From the NCBI GenBank assembly GCA_963745235.1, contig CAVUXE010000059.1, positions 10,966-74,965 of the forward strand: DNA of 64,000 nt, written 5' to 3'. The notes below the pieces were generated by a model. The model was not told the DNA's origin. It ran no database searches and saw only the letters and a list, made by a program, of their open reading frames with translations. The position numbers and the translations under genes were made by a program. Below, in pieces: positions 44,047-54,973 of this stretch (the stretch's first letter is position 1; the number at the start of each line of letters is the position of its first letter). This stretch comes from an uncultured Spirochaetota bacterium. GTDB taxonomy: Bacteria > Spirochaetota > Spirochaetia > SZUA-6 > Fen-1364.

Positions 44047-44727
44047 GTGGAAACTACCGGCCCTGTGGAGGCGCTGACCCGTGAGGAGCTCATGCAGCGC
44101 CTGCGGATTACACCGCAGGAGCTCCAGGAGTGGACCGACAACGAGCTGATGCTTCCGCTTGAAAACGGGCAAAACCTCTATCCCCCTTCGGCAATCGAAG
44201 AGGGGGAGCTCATCAAGAAGTTCTCTTCCCTCGGGTACGCCCTTCGCGAGATACAGAAAATCAAGCGGAGCGTGGGGCTGCCGGTCAAGGACGAAAAAGG
44301 GCAGTACGTCTCCCGAAGTGAGTTCCTCACCATCGGAGAGCTCGCCGAGAAGTGCGCGGTCAATGTGCGGACCATCAAGTTCTGGGAAGAGAAGGGGCTC
44401 ATTTCTCCCCACAGGCGCACGGAAGGGGGCTTTCGGCTGTACCGGCCTTCTGAGGTCGTTCGCCTCTCCTTCATCAAGGACCTGCAAGCCGTCAACTACA
44501 CTCTTGCGGAGATCGGCAACATCTTGAAGCTGGCCGGTCCCGATCTCGGGGCGACAGACGCAGATCTGGAAGGTCTTCCCGCCACGGAAATCGACAAGAT
44601 GCAGGGTGGGCTGGAGTTCCTTATCGGGCGCATGCGCGAGGTCCGCGACGCGTCCTCCCGGGTGGAGTCGGTGTTTGCCAGGCGCCTCAAGGCAGTCTCG
44701 CGGGCAGCTCGAATGCGCAAGCGATAA
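44047..44727 (+). CDS. MerR-family regulator with tandem HTH domains
   Basis: LTREELMQRLRIT...EW and TIGELAEKCAVNVRTIKFWEEKGLISP.RTEGGFRLY. Confidence 0.85.
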   Translation: METTGPVEALTREELMQRLRITPQELQEWTDNELMLPLENGQNLYPPSAIEEGELIKKFSSLGYALREIQKIKRSVGLPVKDEKGQYVSRSEFLTIGELAEKCAVNVRTIKFWEEKGLISPHRRTEGGFRLYRPSEVVRLSFIKDLQAVNYTLAEIGNILKLAGPDLGATDADLEGLPATEIDKMQGGLEFLIGRMREVRDASSRVESVFARRLKAVSRAARMRKR

Positions 44728-44854
44728 AGTGCCATGCCCTCGCCGTACGGGAGTACCCGTTCGGCGAGCTCGCCGTCCATGGCGGCATGTTGACGCTCGC
44801 TCCGGCTTCATGGTATGTTTGCGCGGTTATTCATCTTCACTTTAAGGAAAGCAT

Positions 44855-45220
44855 ATGACAGGCATAATGAATCTTCTTCCCCTCCTTCTAGGGGCGCCAG
44901 AAGGTGCCTCAGGCTCTAGCGGAGGTGGCGGAACGCAGCTTATCACGATGCTGGTTACTTTCGGGTTGATCATCGTCGTGTTCTACTTCCTCGTCATCCG
45001 TCCTCAGAACCGCAAGCAGAAAGACGCAAAGAAGATGCTGGAAAGCATCCGCAGGAACGACCGCGTGGTCACCATTGGCGGCATGCACGGCGTGGTGGAA
45101 TCAGTCAAGGACGACGCAGTCGTCCTCAAGGTAGATGACAACGTCAAGCTGAAGTTCAACAAGAGCGCAATCTCGACAGTCCTCGAGCGCCGCGACGATT
45201 CGGGAGACACCAAGGAGTAG
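44855..45220 (+). CDS. yajC: Preprotein translocase subunit YajC
   Basis: FYFLVIRPQNRKQK, VVTIGGMHG. Confidence 0.95.
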   Translation: MTGIMNLLPLLLGAPEGASGSSGGGGTQLITMLVTFGLIIVVFYFLVIRPQNRKQKDAKKMLESIRRNDRVVTIGGMHGVVESVKDDAVVLKVDDNVKLKFNKSAISTVLERRDDSGDTKE

Positions 45221-45228
45221 GACATCTC

Positions 45229-46959
45229 ATGAAGAAGCGGTACCGGTTTCTCATTATCCTCGTGGTGCTCGCGGTAGGATTCTATTTTCTCTGGCCCACC
45301 GTCAAATGGTATTTCCTCACACCGCAGGCGGACAAGGATGTGGCGGAGAGCTCCCGCAACCAGATCAAGGTCTACGCGCAGCAGAGAGCTGATGATGCAA
45401 TCCAGAGGCTCCTCAGCCTCGGAGAGCAGACCGCGCTGCCGACCGAGTTTTCTTTCCTCGAGAAGAAGGCCGTCGTGCGATATCGCACCGCCAAGAAGAC
45501 CCCTCCCTCGACGTGGACCATCCGGGATGTGCTTGCCGCGTACACGAGCCGCGGAGATCTCGCGGCTGACATCGAGGACTGGTACCGCTCCCAGATGTTT
45601 GCCCTGAAGGACCTCGAGAGCCAGACCATGCAGCTCGGTCTCGACCTTCGCGGCGGTATGTATGTCACGGTGCGCGCGGATTTCGCCGCGCTGCAGGCAG
45701 CAACGGGCGCGAATCTCACCGACGCGCAGAAAGATGACAAGATGAAGACGACACTGGAGGTCTTGACGAACAAGATCGACCAGTTCGGCCTTACCAACCC
45801 CTCCATCCGGCGCCAGGGCTCCGACCAGATCATCATCGAGATCCCGGGCACGTCGGATCCCGAGGTGGTACGACGTTTCATCATGGGCAAGGGACTCCTG
45901 ACTTTCCATATCGCTGACACCGAAACCCTGCAGAAGCTCCGCGAATACGAGGCCACTCACAACAACGTGCTCCTGGACGCGGCAGGAAACGTGCAGGATA
46001 CCGGCGCGCTCTCCGTCATTCCCAAGGGGGATGTCATCCGGGGCGTTTTCCAGAAAGATTCCTACGGGCTGGACGAGCTGAAGGGCTACACCGTCCTGCA
46101 CGAGGAGGTGGGGCTGAACGGCACCGAGATCAAGGACGCCCAGGTGGGGCGTGACCCGCTGACCGGGGAGCCCACGGTCAACTTTGTCCTCACCGGCCAG
46201 GGCGGAGAGACTTTCTACAAGCTCACGAGCGCCAACGTCGGGAAGGTCCTGGCCGTGGCCCTGGACAACAAGGTCAAGGCGCAGGCCACCATCCAGGAGC
46301 CAATCCGCGACCAGGTCCGCGTTTCCGGCTTCAACTACCAGGAGGCATCGGATCTTGCCCTTGTGCTCAGGACGGGCTCCCTGCCTGTGCCCCTGGAGAT
46401 CACCAGCCAGCAGGCAATCGGCGCGTCATTGGGGCAGGACGCAATCAGCCAGGGTATCCGCGCCAGTGTCATCGGCATCGGCCTTGTCATGCTCTTCATG
46501 CTCACGTACTACCGCAGGGCCGGCTTGAATGCAGTCATATCGCAGCTCCTCCACCTGTTCATCAACGTTGCCATCCTGTCGGTGTTCAATTTCACGCTTT
46601 CGCTGGCGGCAATCGCCGGGCTCGTCCTGACCATCGGCATGGCCGTTGACGCGAACGTGCTGATCTTCGAAAGGATGAAGGAAGAGTCCCGCCTGGGCAA
46701 ATCCACAAATGCCATTATCAGCCACGGTTTCTCCCGGGCATTCACCGCAATTCTCGACTCCAACGTGACAACGATCATTGCCGCCCTCGTGCTGACGCAG
46801 CTCGCCAAGGGCAGCATCCAGGGCTTCGCGGTGACTCTGCTGATCGGAAACCTCGCCACCCTGTTCGCGGCGGTCTTCGTGTCGCGGCTGATCTTCGACT
46901 TCGAAGTTGATGTCCTGCGGACAAGGAGAATCCTTCTTACGTGGAGAAGAGTCGCATGA
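45229..46959 (+). CDS. secD: Protein translocase subunit SecD
   Basis: LGLDLRGG, LRTGSLP, GMAVDANVLIFER, DSNVTT. Confidence 0.96.
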   Translation: MKKRYRFLIILVVLAVGFYFLWPTVKWYFLTPQADKDVAESSRNQIKVYAQQRADDAIQRLLSLGEQTALPTEFSFLEKKAVVRYRTAKKTPPSTWTIRDVLAAYTSRGDLAADIEDWYRSQMFALKDLESQTMQLGLDLRGGMYVTVRADFAALQAATGANLTDAQKDDKMKTTLEVLTNKIDQFGLTNPSIRRQGSDQIIIEIPGTSDPEVVRRFIMGKGLLTFHIADTETLQKLREYEATHNNVLLDAAGNVQDTGALSVIPKGDVIRGVFQKDSYGLDELKGYTVLHEEVGLNGTEIKDAQVGRDPLTGEPTVNFVLTGQGGETFYKLTSANVGKVLAVALDNKVKAQATIQEPIRDQVRVSGFNYQEASDLALVLRTGSLPVPLEITSQQAIGASLGQDAISQGIRASVIGIGLVMLFMLTYYRRAGLNAVISQLLHLFINVAILSVFNFTLSLAAIAGLVLTIGMAVDANVLIFERMKEESRLGKSTNAIISHGFSRAFTAILDSNVTTIIAALVLTQLAKGSIQGFAVTLLIGNLATLFAAVFVSRLIFDFEVDVLRTRRILLTWRRVA

Positions 46960-48518
46960 AGAGAGTCATCCAGTTTTCGAAAGCGCGTTACCTCTTCTTC
47001 GGATTCTCCTCGATCCTGATCATCATTGGCATCGTGGGATTCATCATCAACCACGGGTTCAACCTCGGGGTCGACTTCGAGGCGGGTATCGCGTTCCAGT
47101 ACCGCGTGGCCCCCGCGAGCTTCTCCATGCAGTACCAGGGGCCTGACAAGGCCATTGTTTCCATCCCTGCCGGCGAAAGGGCCCTCACCTCGGCGGGGAA
47201 CCTCATCATCTCGATCACCAGCTCGAAGGACGGGTCCACAAAGGACTATCCGTTCCGCTACACGGACTACAAGACGGTCCAGGACCTGGTCGACGCCATC
47301 ACGAAGGTTCCCGGAATGACGGTCCAGCCCAAGGGGGACATGACCGCGCTCCCCACGCAGCTGCTTGCGCTTCCGCGGCCGGCCGATATCACCGGCACGT
47401 CTTTCTCCATCAACATAGCGCCGGGACCCGGCAGGGGCGTTCAGACATCCATTGCAGAGATGCGGACCGTGCTGGCCCCCCTCGGACAGTTCGAGTTGCA
47501 GGCGGTCGGCGCGCCGGCCAACCAGGGGTTCATGGCACGTCTGCCCGCAAAAGCGCAGGACCCATCGTTCCAGGCAACCGCGCAGCGGGAGGTCATGAGT
47601 CTTCTTGACGCGAAGTACGGCGCGGACCAGGTCATCCTGGAGAGCTCGGACTTCGTCGGGCCCCAGGTAGCTCAGAACCTTGCCACGCAGACGATCTGGC
47701 TCGTCATCATTGCCGTCGGCCTGATCCTGGTCTACATGATGTTCAGGTTCCGGCCCGCCATCTATGCAATCGCTGCCGTGCTGGGGATCCTTCATGACGC
47801 CATAGTCATGCTGGGCTTCGACGCGGTGTTCCGCGTGGAGATTGATGCCGGCACCATTGCCGCCGTCCTGACCATCCTCGGTTACTCCATCAACGACACG
47901 ATCGTCAACTTCGACCGGGCCCGGGAGAACAACAGCCTGATGCGCGGGTCGCCGCTGCGCACCATCCTCGACACCAGCGTCACCCAGACGTTGAGCAGGA
48001 CATTCATTACATCGGGGGCGACACTGTTGACGGTGATCGCCCTGTTCATCCTGACCAGCGGCTCGATCAAGAACTTCGCTCTCAACATGATCGTCGGTAT
48101 CGTGGAGGGGACCTACTCCACGTTCATCTCCGCTTTCATGGTCATCGAGTGGTCCAGATGGCGGGACCAGCGCTCAAAGAAGCGCGACATGGAGAAGTAC
48201 GGGATTGCGGCCCCACAGCCGAAGCTCGTCCCTGCGCCGGTCGGAGCACCCCTGGCCGAAGTGGAAGAGGAAGCAGAGGTCGACACAGAAGAGGAAGCCG
48301 AGGAGCCCGGCGCGGAGCCGGTGTCAGAGCCTGTCGGCGCTTCCCAGCCCGTGTCGCAAGCTCCGGGGAACGCGGCGGCCCAGGCATCTTCACAGGGCCA
48401 GCCGGCAGCCACCGTGACGCAGCCTCACCCTGATGCGGCGCGCCCCGCGCCCGCCCCGTCTTTGTTCGGGCATTCGGGGTCCCGCAAGAACAAGAAGCAC
48501 AAGAGGCGGCATCACTAG
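46956..48518 (+). CDS. secF: Protein translocase subunit SecF
   Basis: LGVDFEAG, GYSINDTIVNFDR, TLSRT; long acidic/low-complexity tail. Confidence 0.95.
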   Translation: MKRVIQFSKARYLFFGFSSILIIIGIVGFIINHGFNLGVDFEAGIAFQYRVAPASFSMQYQGPDKAIVSIPAGERALTSAGNLIISITSSKDGSTKDYPFRYTDYKTVQDLVDAITKVPGMTVQPKGDMTALPTQLLALPRPADITGTSFSINIAPGPGRGVQTSIAEMRTVLAPLGQFELQAVGAPANQGFMARLPAKAQDPSFQATAQREVMSLLDAKYGADQVILESSDFVGPQVAQNLATQTIWLVIIAVGLILVYMMFRFRPAIYAIAAVLGILHDAIVMLGFDAVFRVEIDAGTIAAVLTILGYSINDTIVNFDRARENNSLMRGSPLRTILDTSVTQTLSRTFITSGATLLTVIALFILTSGSIKNFALNMIVGIVEGTYSTFISAFMVIEWSRWRDQRSKKRDMEKYGIAAPQPKLVPAPVGAPLAEVEEEAEVDTEEEAEEPGAEPVSEPVGASQPVSQAPGNAAAQASSQGQPAATVTQPHPDAARPAPAPSLFGHSGSRKNKKHKRRHH

Positions 48519-48524
48519 GCGGCC

Positions 48525-49184
48525 ATGAAGCTCCTCTGCCTGTCAGATATTCACGGGGAGCAGGCGGGCCTGAGGGATATCCTGCCCGGCGCGGCAGATG
48601 GCGCGGATGCGGTTGTGTTGGGAGGAGATCTCACGCATCTCGGCGGCTACGCGGAAGCGGAGGCTCTCCTGGCTCCGCTTCTTTCCATTGGCCTCCCCGT
48701 CCTCGCAGTCGGCGGGAACATGGACAAGGAAGGCGTGCGCCGCTACATTGCGGAGAAGCAGATCGACATTCATGGCCGGGGTGTCATGATGGGCCGCGTC
48801 GGGTTCATGGGGCTCGGCGGAGGGACTCCGTCTCCGTTCCATTCCCCGTGGGAGCTGAAGGACGCGGAAGCGCGCCCGTTGCTGGCTGACGGGCTCGCTC
48901 AAATCGCCGGGGCGGAGTTCAAGGTGCTCGTCTCTCATGCCCCGCCGCGAGGGACGAAGGTTGACCGCAGCTTCGCCGGCCTGCACGTCGGCTCCGAGCC
49001 TGTCAGGGAGCTCATTCTCAGCGGCGCGGTTGACCTGTGCATCTGCGGTCACATTCACGAGGCCGCGGGGGAAGATATTCTCGGGGATACACCCTGCGTG
49101 AACCTCGGGCCGTTCAAGAACGGCAGCTATGCCCTCCTCGTCATCGAGGGGGATCGAACCGAAGTGTTCTGGAGGAAGAGATGA
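48525..49184 (+). CDS. Metallophosphoesterase
   Basis: SDIHG, GD, GNMD, SHAPP, CGHIHE. Confidence 0.9.
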   Translation: MKLLCLSDIHGEQAGLRDILPGAADGADAVVLGGDLTHLGGYAEAEALLAPLLSIGLPVLAVGGNMDKEGVRRYIAEKQIDIHGRGVMMGRVGFMGLGGGTPSPFHSPWELKDAEARPLLADGLAQIAGAEFKVLVSHAPPRGTKVDRSFAGLHVGSEPVRELILSGAVDLCICGHIHEAAGEDILGDTPCVNLGPFKNGSYALLVIEGDRTEVFWRKR

Positions 49185-51160
49185 ATCTCACCGCGTTGTC
49201 CGCCGTCGCCAACTCCGTGCGCTCGCTCACCATAGACGCAGTAGAGAATGCGAACTCTGGTCATCCCGGGCTGCCCATGGGGTGCGCCGAGCTCGGCGCC
49301 CTCATCTACGGGGAGCTCCTTTCCCACTGGCCGCAGGACCCGCGGTGGATCAACAGGGACAGGTTCGTCCTTTCCGCCGGGCACGGATGCATGCTGCTGT
49401 ACTCCCTTCTCCATCTTTCGGGGTACGACCTTTCCCTGGATGACATCCGCGGCTTTCGACACCTCGGGTCCCGCACGCCGGGGCACCCTGAGTGGGGTGT
49501 GACGCCCGGGGTGGAGGCAACAGCGGGACCACTGGGACAGGGGCTGTCCAACGCGGTGGGAATGGCCATTGCGGAACGGATCCTCGCGGCGACGTTCAAC
49601 ACCCCCGCGCGGACGGTCATCGACCACTACACCTACGTGCTCGCGAGCGACGGCGACATGATGGAAGGGGTCGCCTCGGAAGCGGCCTCCATTGCGGGTC
49701 ACCTGAAGGTGGCCAAGCTGATCGTGTTCTACGACTCGAACCAGATCACAATCGAAGGCTCGACGAGCCTTGCCTTCTCCGAAGACGTGCTCAAGCGATA
49801 CGAGGGGTACGGCTGGCGGACGTTGGAAGGCAGCATGTACGACATGCCCGCCATCGCGCAGATGGTGGAGCAGGCCAAAAAAGCCGGCGAAAGACCCACC
49901 ATCATCCGCCTGCAGTCCATCATCGGAAAAGGCGCCCCGAAGAAGCAGGGCACGGCAAAAGCGCACGGCGAGGCCCTGGGGCCCGAGGAGGCGGCCGCGG
50001 CCAAGAAGGCAATCGGCGTGCCGGATGGGTGCCAGTTCTATGTCTTCCCCGAGGCGCAGGCATACTTCAAGGCCCGGCAACCGGCGTGGAAGTCCCGCTA
50101 CGAGGAATGGAAAAAGACCCTGGAGGCCTGGAAGACGGAGAACCCGGACAAGGCGAAGGAATGGGCAAAATACTTCGAGGACGGCAAAGGCGACCTGAGC
50201 GCCTTGACCCTTCCTTCCTTCAAGGTGGGGGACTCACTTGCCACACGCGCGGCAAGCGGCCAGGTGCTGAACGCTCTCGCAAAGGCGATCCCGAACCTCA
50301 TCGGCGGCGCGGCTGACCTTGCGCCGTCGACCAGCACGAACCTGAAAGACATGGGGGATTTCAACGCCTCCAACCCCGTGGGCCGCAACTTCCACTTCGG
50401 CATCCGGGAGCACGGGATGGGCGGGATCATGAACGGGATCGCCTACCACGGCGGCCTGCGGCCCTTCTGCGCGACCTTCCTTGTATTCTCGGACTACATG
50501 CGGCCCTCGATCCGCCTGGCGGCAATTGCCAGGCTGCCGGTGATCTACGTGTTCACGCATGACTCGGTCTTTGTGGGTGAGGACGGCCCCACGCATGAGC
50601 CGGTGGAGCACCTCGCGGCGCTGCGGGCCATTCCCAACCTGTTTGTTCTGCGGCCTGGTGATGCCGAGGAAACGGAGCTTGCGTGGCGCATCGCCTACGA
50701 GAGGCATGACGGACCCACGGTGCTCGCGCTGACCCGGCAGGGAATTGCGGTCTACCCGAAAGCCGACTCCGCGTGGCGCACCACCATCCGCAGGGGCGCA
50801 TACATCGCGAAGGACTGCGACGGCGTTCCCGATGTCGTCGTGATAGCAACGGGGTCCGAAGTGTCAGTTGCCATCAAGGCTGCCGCTGAGCTCACCGACA
50901 GAAAGGTGCGCGTCGTCTCCATGCTGTCTCGGGAGCTTTTCCTCAAGCAGCCCGCGGACTTCCGCCTGTCCCTGGTGCCGCCAGCTGCGCGCAAAGTGAC
51001 TTTCGAGGCGGGTGTGTCCTTCGGCTGGAAAGGACCGTTCGACGACTCGGTGGTCCCTGTTTCCATCGACAGGTTCGGCGAATCGGGCCCGTACCAGAAG
51101 ATTGCCGAGCACCTCGGGATCACTGCGGCGGCCCTGGCAAAGAGGATCCGAGAGCTGTAA
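49181..51160 (+). CDS. tkt: Transketolase
   Basis: [37 protein letters not shown]. Confidence 0.97.
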   Translation: MNLTALSAVANSVRSLTIDAVENANSGHPGLPMGCAELGALIYGELLSHWPQDPRWINRDRFVLSAGHGCMLLYSLLHLSGYDLSLDDIRGFRHLGSRTPGHPEWGVTPGVEATAGPLGQGLSNAVGMAIAERILAATFNTPARTVIDHYTYVLASDGDMMEGVASEAASIAGHLKVAKLIVFYDSNQITIEGSTSLAFSEDVLKRYEGYGWRTLEGSMYDMPAIAQMVEQAKKAGERPTIIRLQSIIGKGAPKKQGTAKAHGEALGPEEAAAAKKAIGVPDGCQFYVFPEAQAYFKARQPAWKSRYEEWKKTLEAWKTENPDKAKEWAKYFEDGKGDLSALTLPSFKVGDSLATRAASGQVLNALAKAIPNLIGGAADLAPSTSTNLKDMGDFNASNPVGRNFHFGIREHGMGGIMNGIAYHGGLRPFCATFLVFSDYMRPSIRLAAIARLPVIYVFTHDSVFVGEDGPTHEPVEHLAALRAIPNLFVLRPGDAEETELAWRIAYERHDGPTVLALTRQGIAVYPKADSAWRTTIRRGAYIAKDCDGVPDVVVIATGSEVSVAIKAAAELTDRKVRVVSMLSRELFLKQPADFRLSLVPPAARKVTFEAGVSFGWKGPFDDSVVPVSIDRFGESGPYQKIAEHLGITAAALAKRIREL

Positions 51161-51176
51161 GGGATCCGGCGCGGGC

Positions 51177-52040
51177 GTGATCGTTCACCTTGTCGACGGC
51201 ACCTACGAGCTTTTCCGTTGTTTCTATGGGCTGAAGCGCTCCACGAAGGCTGATGACGGAATGGGCGCCGTCCGCCTGGTCCTGCGCAGCCTGCTGGAGA
51301 TGGTGGAGAACGGGGCGACGCACCTCGGCGTCGCGACGGACCACGTCATCGAGTCCTTTCGAAACCGTCTGTGGCCGGGGTACAAGACCGGTGAAGGCGT
51401 TGATCCCGCTCTCCTTGCCCAGTTTCACCCCCTTGAAGACGCCCTCATGGCATTCGGGTTCGTCGTGTGGCCCATGGTGGAGCTCGAGGCGGACGATGCG
51501 CTCGCCTCGGCGGCCGCCAGGGCGGGGGCCGTCCGCGAGGTGGAGAAAGTCAGCATCTGGACCCCGGACAAGGACCTTGCCCAGTGCGTGGTCGGCGACC
51601 GGATAGTGCAGGTGGACAGGCGCACCGGTCAGATCCGTAACGCCGAGGCGGTGCAGGAAAAGTTCGGTGTGCCTCCTCGCTCCATCCCTGACTACCTGGC
51701 GCTCGTGGGTGACAACGCGGACGGGTACCCGGGGATCAGCGGCTGGGGGCCCAAGTCCGCTGCCGCAGTGCTCTCCCGGTATGGCAGCCTCACGGAGATC
51801 CCCATCCGGGACCCCGAGTGGCGCCCGAATGCCGCCAACGCGGGTCGGCTGGCGCTGAGCCTTCGCTCGAGCTGGGAGCAAGCCCTGCTGTTTCGCGAGC
51901 TTGCGACACTGAGGACGGACGCTCCCGTCTTCAATTCCGTTGACGAGCTTCGATGGACGGGTCCCGGGCCCGAGGCGAAGGGGCTCGCGAAGCGCATCAA
52001 TGGCGAATCCCTCCTGGAGCGCGCCATCGGACTTCCCTGA
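51177..52040 (+). CDS. Stand-alone 5'-3' exonuclease / flap endonuclease
   Basis: LVDG, EADDALAS, DKDLAQ, ALVGDNADGYPGISGWGPKSA. Confidence 0.9.
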   Translation: MIVHLVDGTYELFRCFYGLKRSTKADDGMGAVRLVLRSLLEMVENGATHLGVATDHVIESFRNRLWPGYKTGEGVDPALLAQFHPLEDALMAFGFVVWPMVELEADDALASAAARAGAVREVEKVSIWTPDKDLAQCVVGDRIVQVDRRTGQIRNAEAVQEKFGVPPRSIPDYLALVGDNADGYPGISGWGPKSAAAVLSRYGSLTEIPIRDPEWRPNAANAGRLALSLRSSWEQALLFRELATLRTDAPVFNSVDELRWTGPGPEAKGLAKRINGESLLERAIGLP

Positions 52041-52057
52041 AGCAGTATCTTCTTCTC

Positions 52058-54973
52058 ATGGAATCGGAGATCCTCGAGCTTGCGAAGCAGATCAGAAGCC
52101 GCGCTCGTCCCGCCGCGCCCTCCTTTTTCGACAGGGTCATGGATGCGGCCATGGAGGACAATGATCTCAAGGCAGATCTCTTCCACCTTCTCGACGTTCT
52201 CCCCATGCTCACCACGGACGCGGAGGTGAGCAGGCACGTTCGGGAATACCTGCTGCAGAAACCCCGCAAGCTTCCCCCATTCCTCGCGGCGGCATTCCAG
52301 GCTGCGGGAACAAACGCCTTCTCCGGCATTGCCGCCCGCGCGGTCCGCGGCATCGCGCGGCAGATGGCGGAGCGCTTCATCGTCGGCGCCTCCGTCCCCC
52401 AAGGCCTGGAATGCCTTGCGCGGCTGCACAACGCGGGCTTCGCTTTCAGCGCTGATCTCCTGGGTGAAGCCACTGTGAGCGATGCGGAGGGAGAGGCCTT
52501 CTTCCATCGCTACTCGCAGCTCATCGAGACACTCTCCCGCGAGACCTCGCGATGGACGGCGCAGCCCCTTGTCGATGCCGGGCCCCGCGGGCCCATTCCC
52601 CGCGCGAACGTGTCCCTCAAGCTGTCCTCCCTGGTTCCGCGCCTCGATCCCCTGGACCATCAGGGGAGCGTCGAACGCCTCGTGAGTCGCATGCGCCCGT
52701 TGTTTGTCAGGGCGCGACAACAGGGGGTGGCTCTTGTCATCGACATGGAGCAGTGGGACCTGCACGGTATCGCGTGGGACGTCTTCGAGAGCCTGGTCAC
52801 ACGGCCGGACCTCGCGGATTGGCCGCACTTCGGGATCGTGGTGCAGGCATACCTCAGGGCCGCTGCCGACGATGTGGGCAGACTGCTCGCCATTGCGCGG
52901 CGCCGCGGGACTCCCCTGTCCGTGCGGCTCGTGAAGGGAGCGTACTGGGACTACGAGGTTGCCCGCGCCCGTCAGCACGGCTACCCCTGGCCCGTTTTCA
53001 CGGGCAAGGAGCGCACCGACGCGAGCTTTGAAGCGCTCACCGAACGTTTGCTCCAGAACACGGACCTGGTCTACCCGGGGATCGGCAGCCACAACCTGCG
53101 GTCCGTTTCTCACGCCATTGTCTCGGCCCGACATGCTTCGCTACCCGCGGGTTCCTTCGAGCTGCAGGTCCTGAGCGGGATGGGGGAAGCGCAGCGGGAC
53201 GCTCTTCGCGACCTCGGGTTTCGCGTCCGGGTTTACGCGCCCATCGGGGAGCTTCTCCCCGGAATTGCGTACCTTGTCCGGCGGCTTCTTGAAAACAGCG
53301 CGAACACGGGGTTCCTTCGGCAGAGCACGCACGAGAGAAGGCCCATCGAGGAACTGCTGGCTCGGCCTTCGGCCACCGCAGAGGAACCCGACGCGGCGGT
53401 ATCGCCTCCGGGGGCCTTTCGAAACTGCCCTCATGCGGACTTCACGGACGCCGAGGTCCGCGGGAGGTTCGCTCGCGCCCTTGCCGCTGAACGGGCCGCG
53501 CTGCCCGTCACCGTTCCTGTCTGCATCGACGGCATCCGGCACGCTGAAGGGAAGAAGCTGGTACACCGGCAGCCCGACGATGCGGGGAAGCAGGCCAGCG
53601 TGGTGACCTGCGCGACCCCTGACGACGTGGAGCGCGCCGTGGAGGCGGCCGAGAAGGCGTGGCCGGGCTGGCGTGACATGCCCGTCGGCGAGCGTGCGGC
53701 GCTGCTGGAGAAGCTTGCCGACGCCCTTGAAGCGGACAGGTTCGGCCTGGCCGCCCTTGAGTGCCTGGAGGTCGGCAAGCCCCTCCGGGAAGCGGACGCC
53801 GACGTGACGGAAGCCATCGACATGTGCAGGTACTATGCGCGAATGGCACGGGTGGAGCTCTGTCCTCGCCGACAGGGCGATGTTGCCGGCGAGGACAACC
53901 TCCTGTGGTACGAGGGAAGGGGAGTGGCGGCAATCATTGCCCCCTGGAACTTTCCCCTTGCCATCCTGTGCGGCATGAGCGTGGCGGCGCTGGTCAGCGG
54001 AAACACCGTGATCATGAAGCCCGCGGAGCAATCCAGCGCCGTTGGGCTGCGCTTGTACCGGGCCCTCGAGGCCTCTGGCCTGCCTGCGGGCGTCGCCCAG
54101 CTCCTTCCCGGCCCAGGAGAAGAGGTGGGGGCTCGCCTGGTCTCCCATCCCCGGGTCGCCCAGATCGCGTTCACCGGCAGCAGGGATGTCGGGCTTTCAA
54201 TCCTTGCAAAGGCGGCGCAAGCCGCGCCGGGCCAACGGCAGCTCAAGAGGGTGGTCTGCGAGATGGGCGGCAAGAATGCGATCATCGTCGATGACGACGC
54301 GGACCTGGACGAGGCAGTTGGAGGCATCCTTCGAAGCGCCTTCGGGTACGCCGGCCAGAAATGCTCCGCGTGCTCCCGCCTCATCGTCGTTGACGGCGTC
54401 TTTGACCGGCTCATGCCGCGTCTGGTGCAGGCGGCTCGGGGCATCAGGATTGCCGCCCCGCAGGATCCCTCCTGCGAGCTTGGCCCGGTCATCGATGAGA
54501 CCTCCTGGAGCAGGCTGCGGCTCGTCATCAAGGAACCGGGCGCGGGAATAGAGCCGCTTTTTGTCGGGGACACCGTACCGGAGTTGGGGTGGTTTGTGCC
54601 GCCGACGATTCTTCTTGTGCGGGACGGGATGAATCCCATTGCCCGCCAGGAGTTGTTTGGCCCGATCCTGGCGGTCTTCCGCGCGGAAAGCTTCGAGAGC
54701 GCCCTCGAAACAGCAGGTGACAGCGAGTACGCGCTGACAGGCGGGCTGTACTCGAGGAGCCCTTCCCACATCGCGGCAGCCCGGCAGGCATTTCGGGTGG
54801 GCAATCTCTACATCAACAGGGAAACGACCGGGGCGATGGTGGACCGCCAGCCCTTCGGAGGCTTCCGTATGAGCGGCGGCGGGACAAAGGCCGGCGGGCC
54901 AGGGTACCTGCTGCACTTCGCGGACCCGCGCGTCGCCAGCGAGAACACCATGCGCAGGGGCTTCGTTATCTAG
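52058..54973 (+). CDS. putA: Bifunctional proline dehydrogenase / P5C dehydrogenase
   Basis: DLLGE, RLVKGAYWDYE, SHN, YLVRRLLEN; ALDH PWNFP, EMGGKN, GQKCSA, ELFGP. Confidence 0.93.
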   Translation: MESEILELAKQIRSRARPAAPSFFDRVMDAAMEDNDLKADLFHLLDVLPMLTTDAEVSRHVREYLLQKPRKLPPFLAAAFQAAGTNAFSGIAARAVRGIARQMAERFIVGASVPQGLECLARLHNAGFAFSADLLGEATVSDAEGEAFFHRYSQLIETLSRETSRWTAQPLVDAGPRGPIPRANVSLKLSSLVPRLDPLDHQGSVERLVSRMRPLFVRARQQGVALVIDMEQWDLHGIAWDVFESLVTRPDLADWPHFGIVVQAYLRAAADDVGRLLAIARRRGTPLSVRLVKGAYWDYEVARARQHGYPWPVFTGKERTDASFEALTERLLQNTDLVYPGIGSHNLRSVSHAIVSARHASLPAGSFELQVLSGMGEAQRDALRDLGFRVRVYAPIGELLPGIAYLVRRLLENSANTGFLRQSTHERRPIEELLARPSATAEEPDAAVSPPGAFRNCPHADFTDAEVRGRFARALAAERAALPVTVPVCIDGIRHAEGKKLVHRQPDDAGKQASVVTCATPDDVERAVEAAEKAWPGWRDMPVGERAALLEKLADALEADRFGLAALECLEVGKPLREADADVTEAIDMCRYYARMARVELCPRRQGDVAGEDNLLWYEGRGVAAIIAPWNFPLAILCGMSVAALVSGNTVIMKPAEQSSAVGLRLYRALEASGLPAGVAQLLPGPGEEVGARLVSHPRVAQIAFTGSRDVGLSILAKAAQAAPGQRQLKRVVCEMGGKNAIIVDDDADLDEAVGGILRSAFGYAGQKCSACSRLIVVDGVFDRLMPRLVQAARGIRIAAPQDPSCELGPVIDETSWSRLRLVIKEPGAGIEPLFVGDTVPELGWFVPPTILLVRDGMNPIARQELFGPILAVFRAESFESALETAGDSEYALTGGLYSRSPSHIAAARQAFRVGNLYINRETTGAMVDRQPFGGFRMSGGGTKAGGPGYLLHFADPRVASENTMRRGFVI

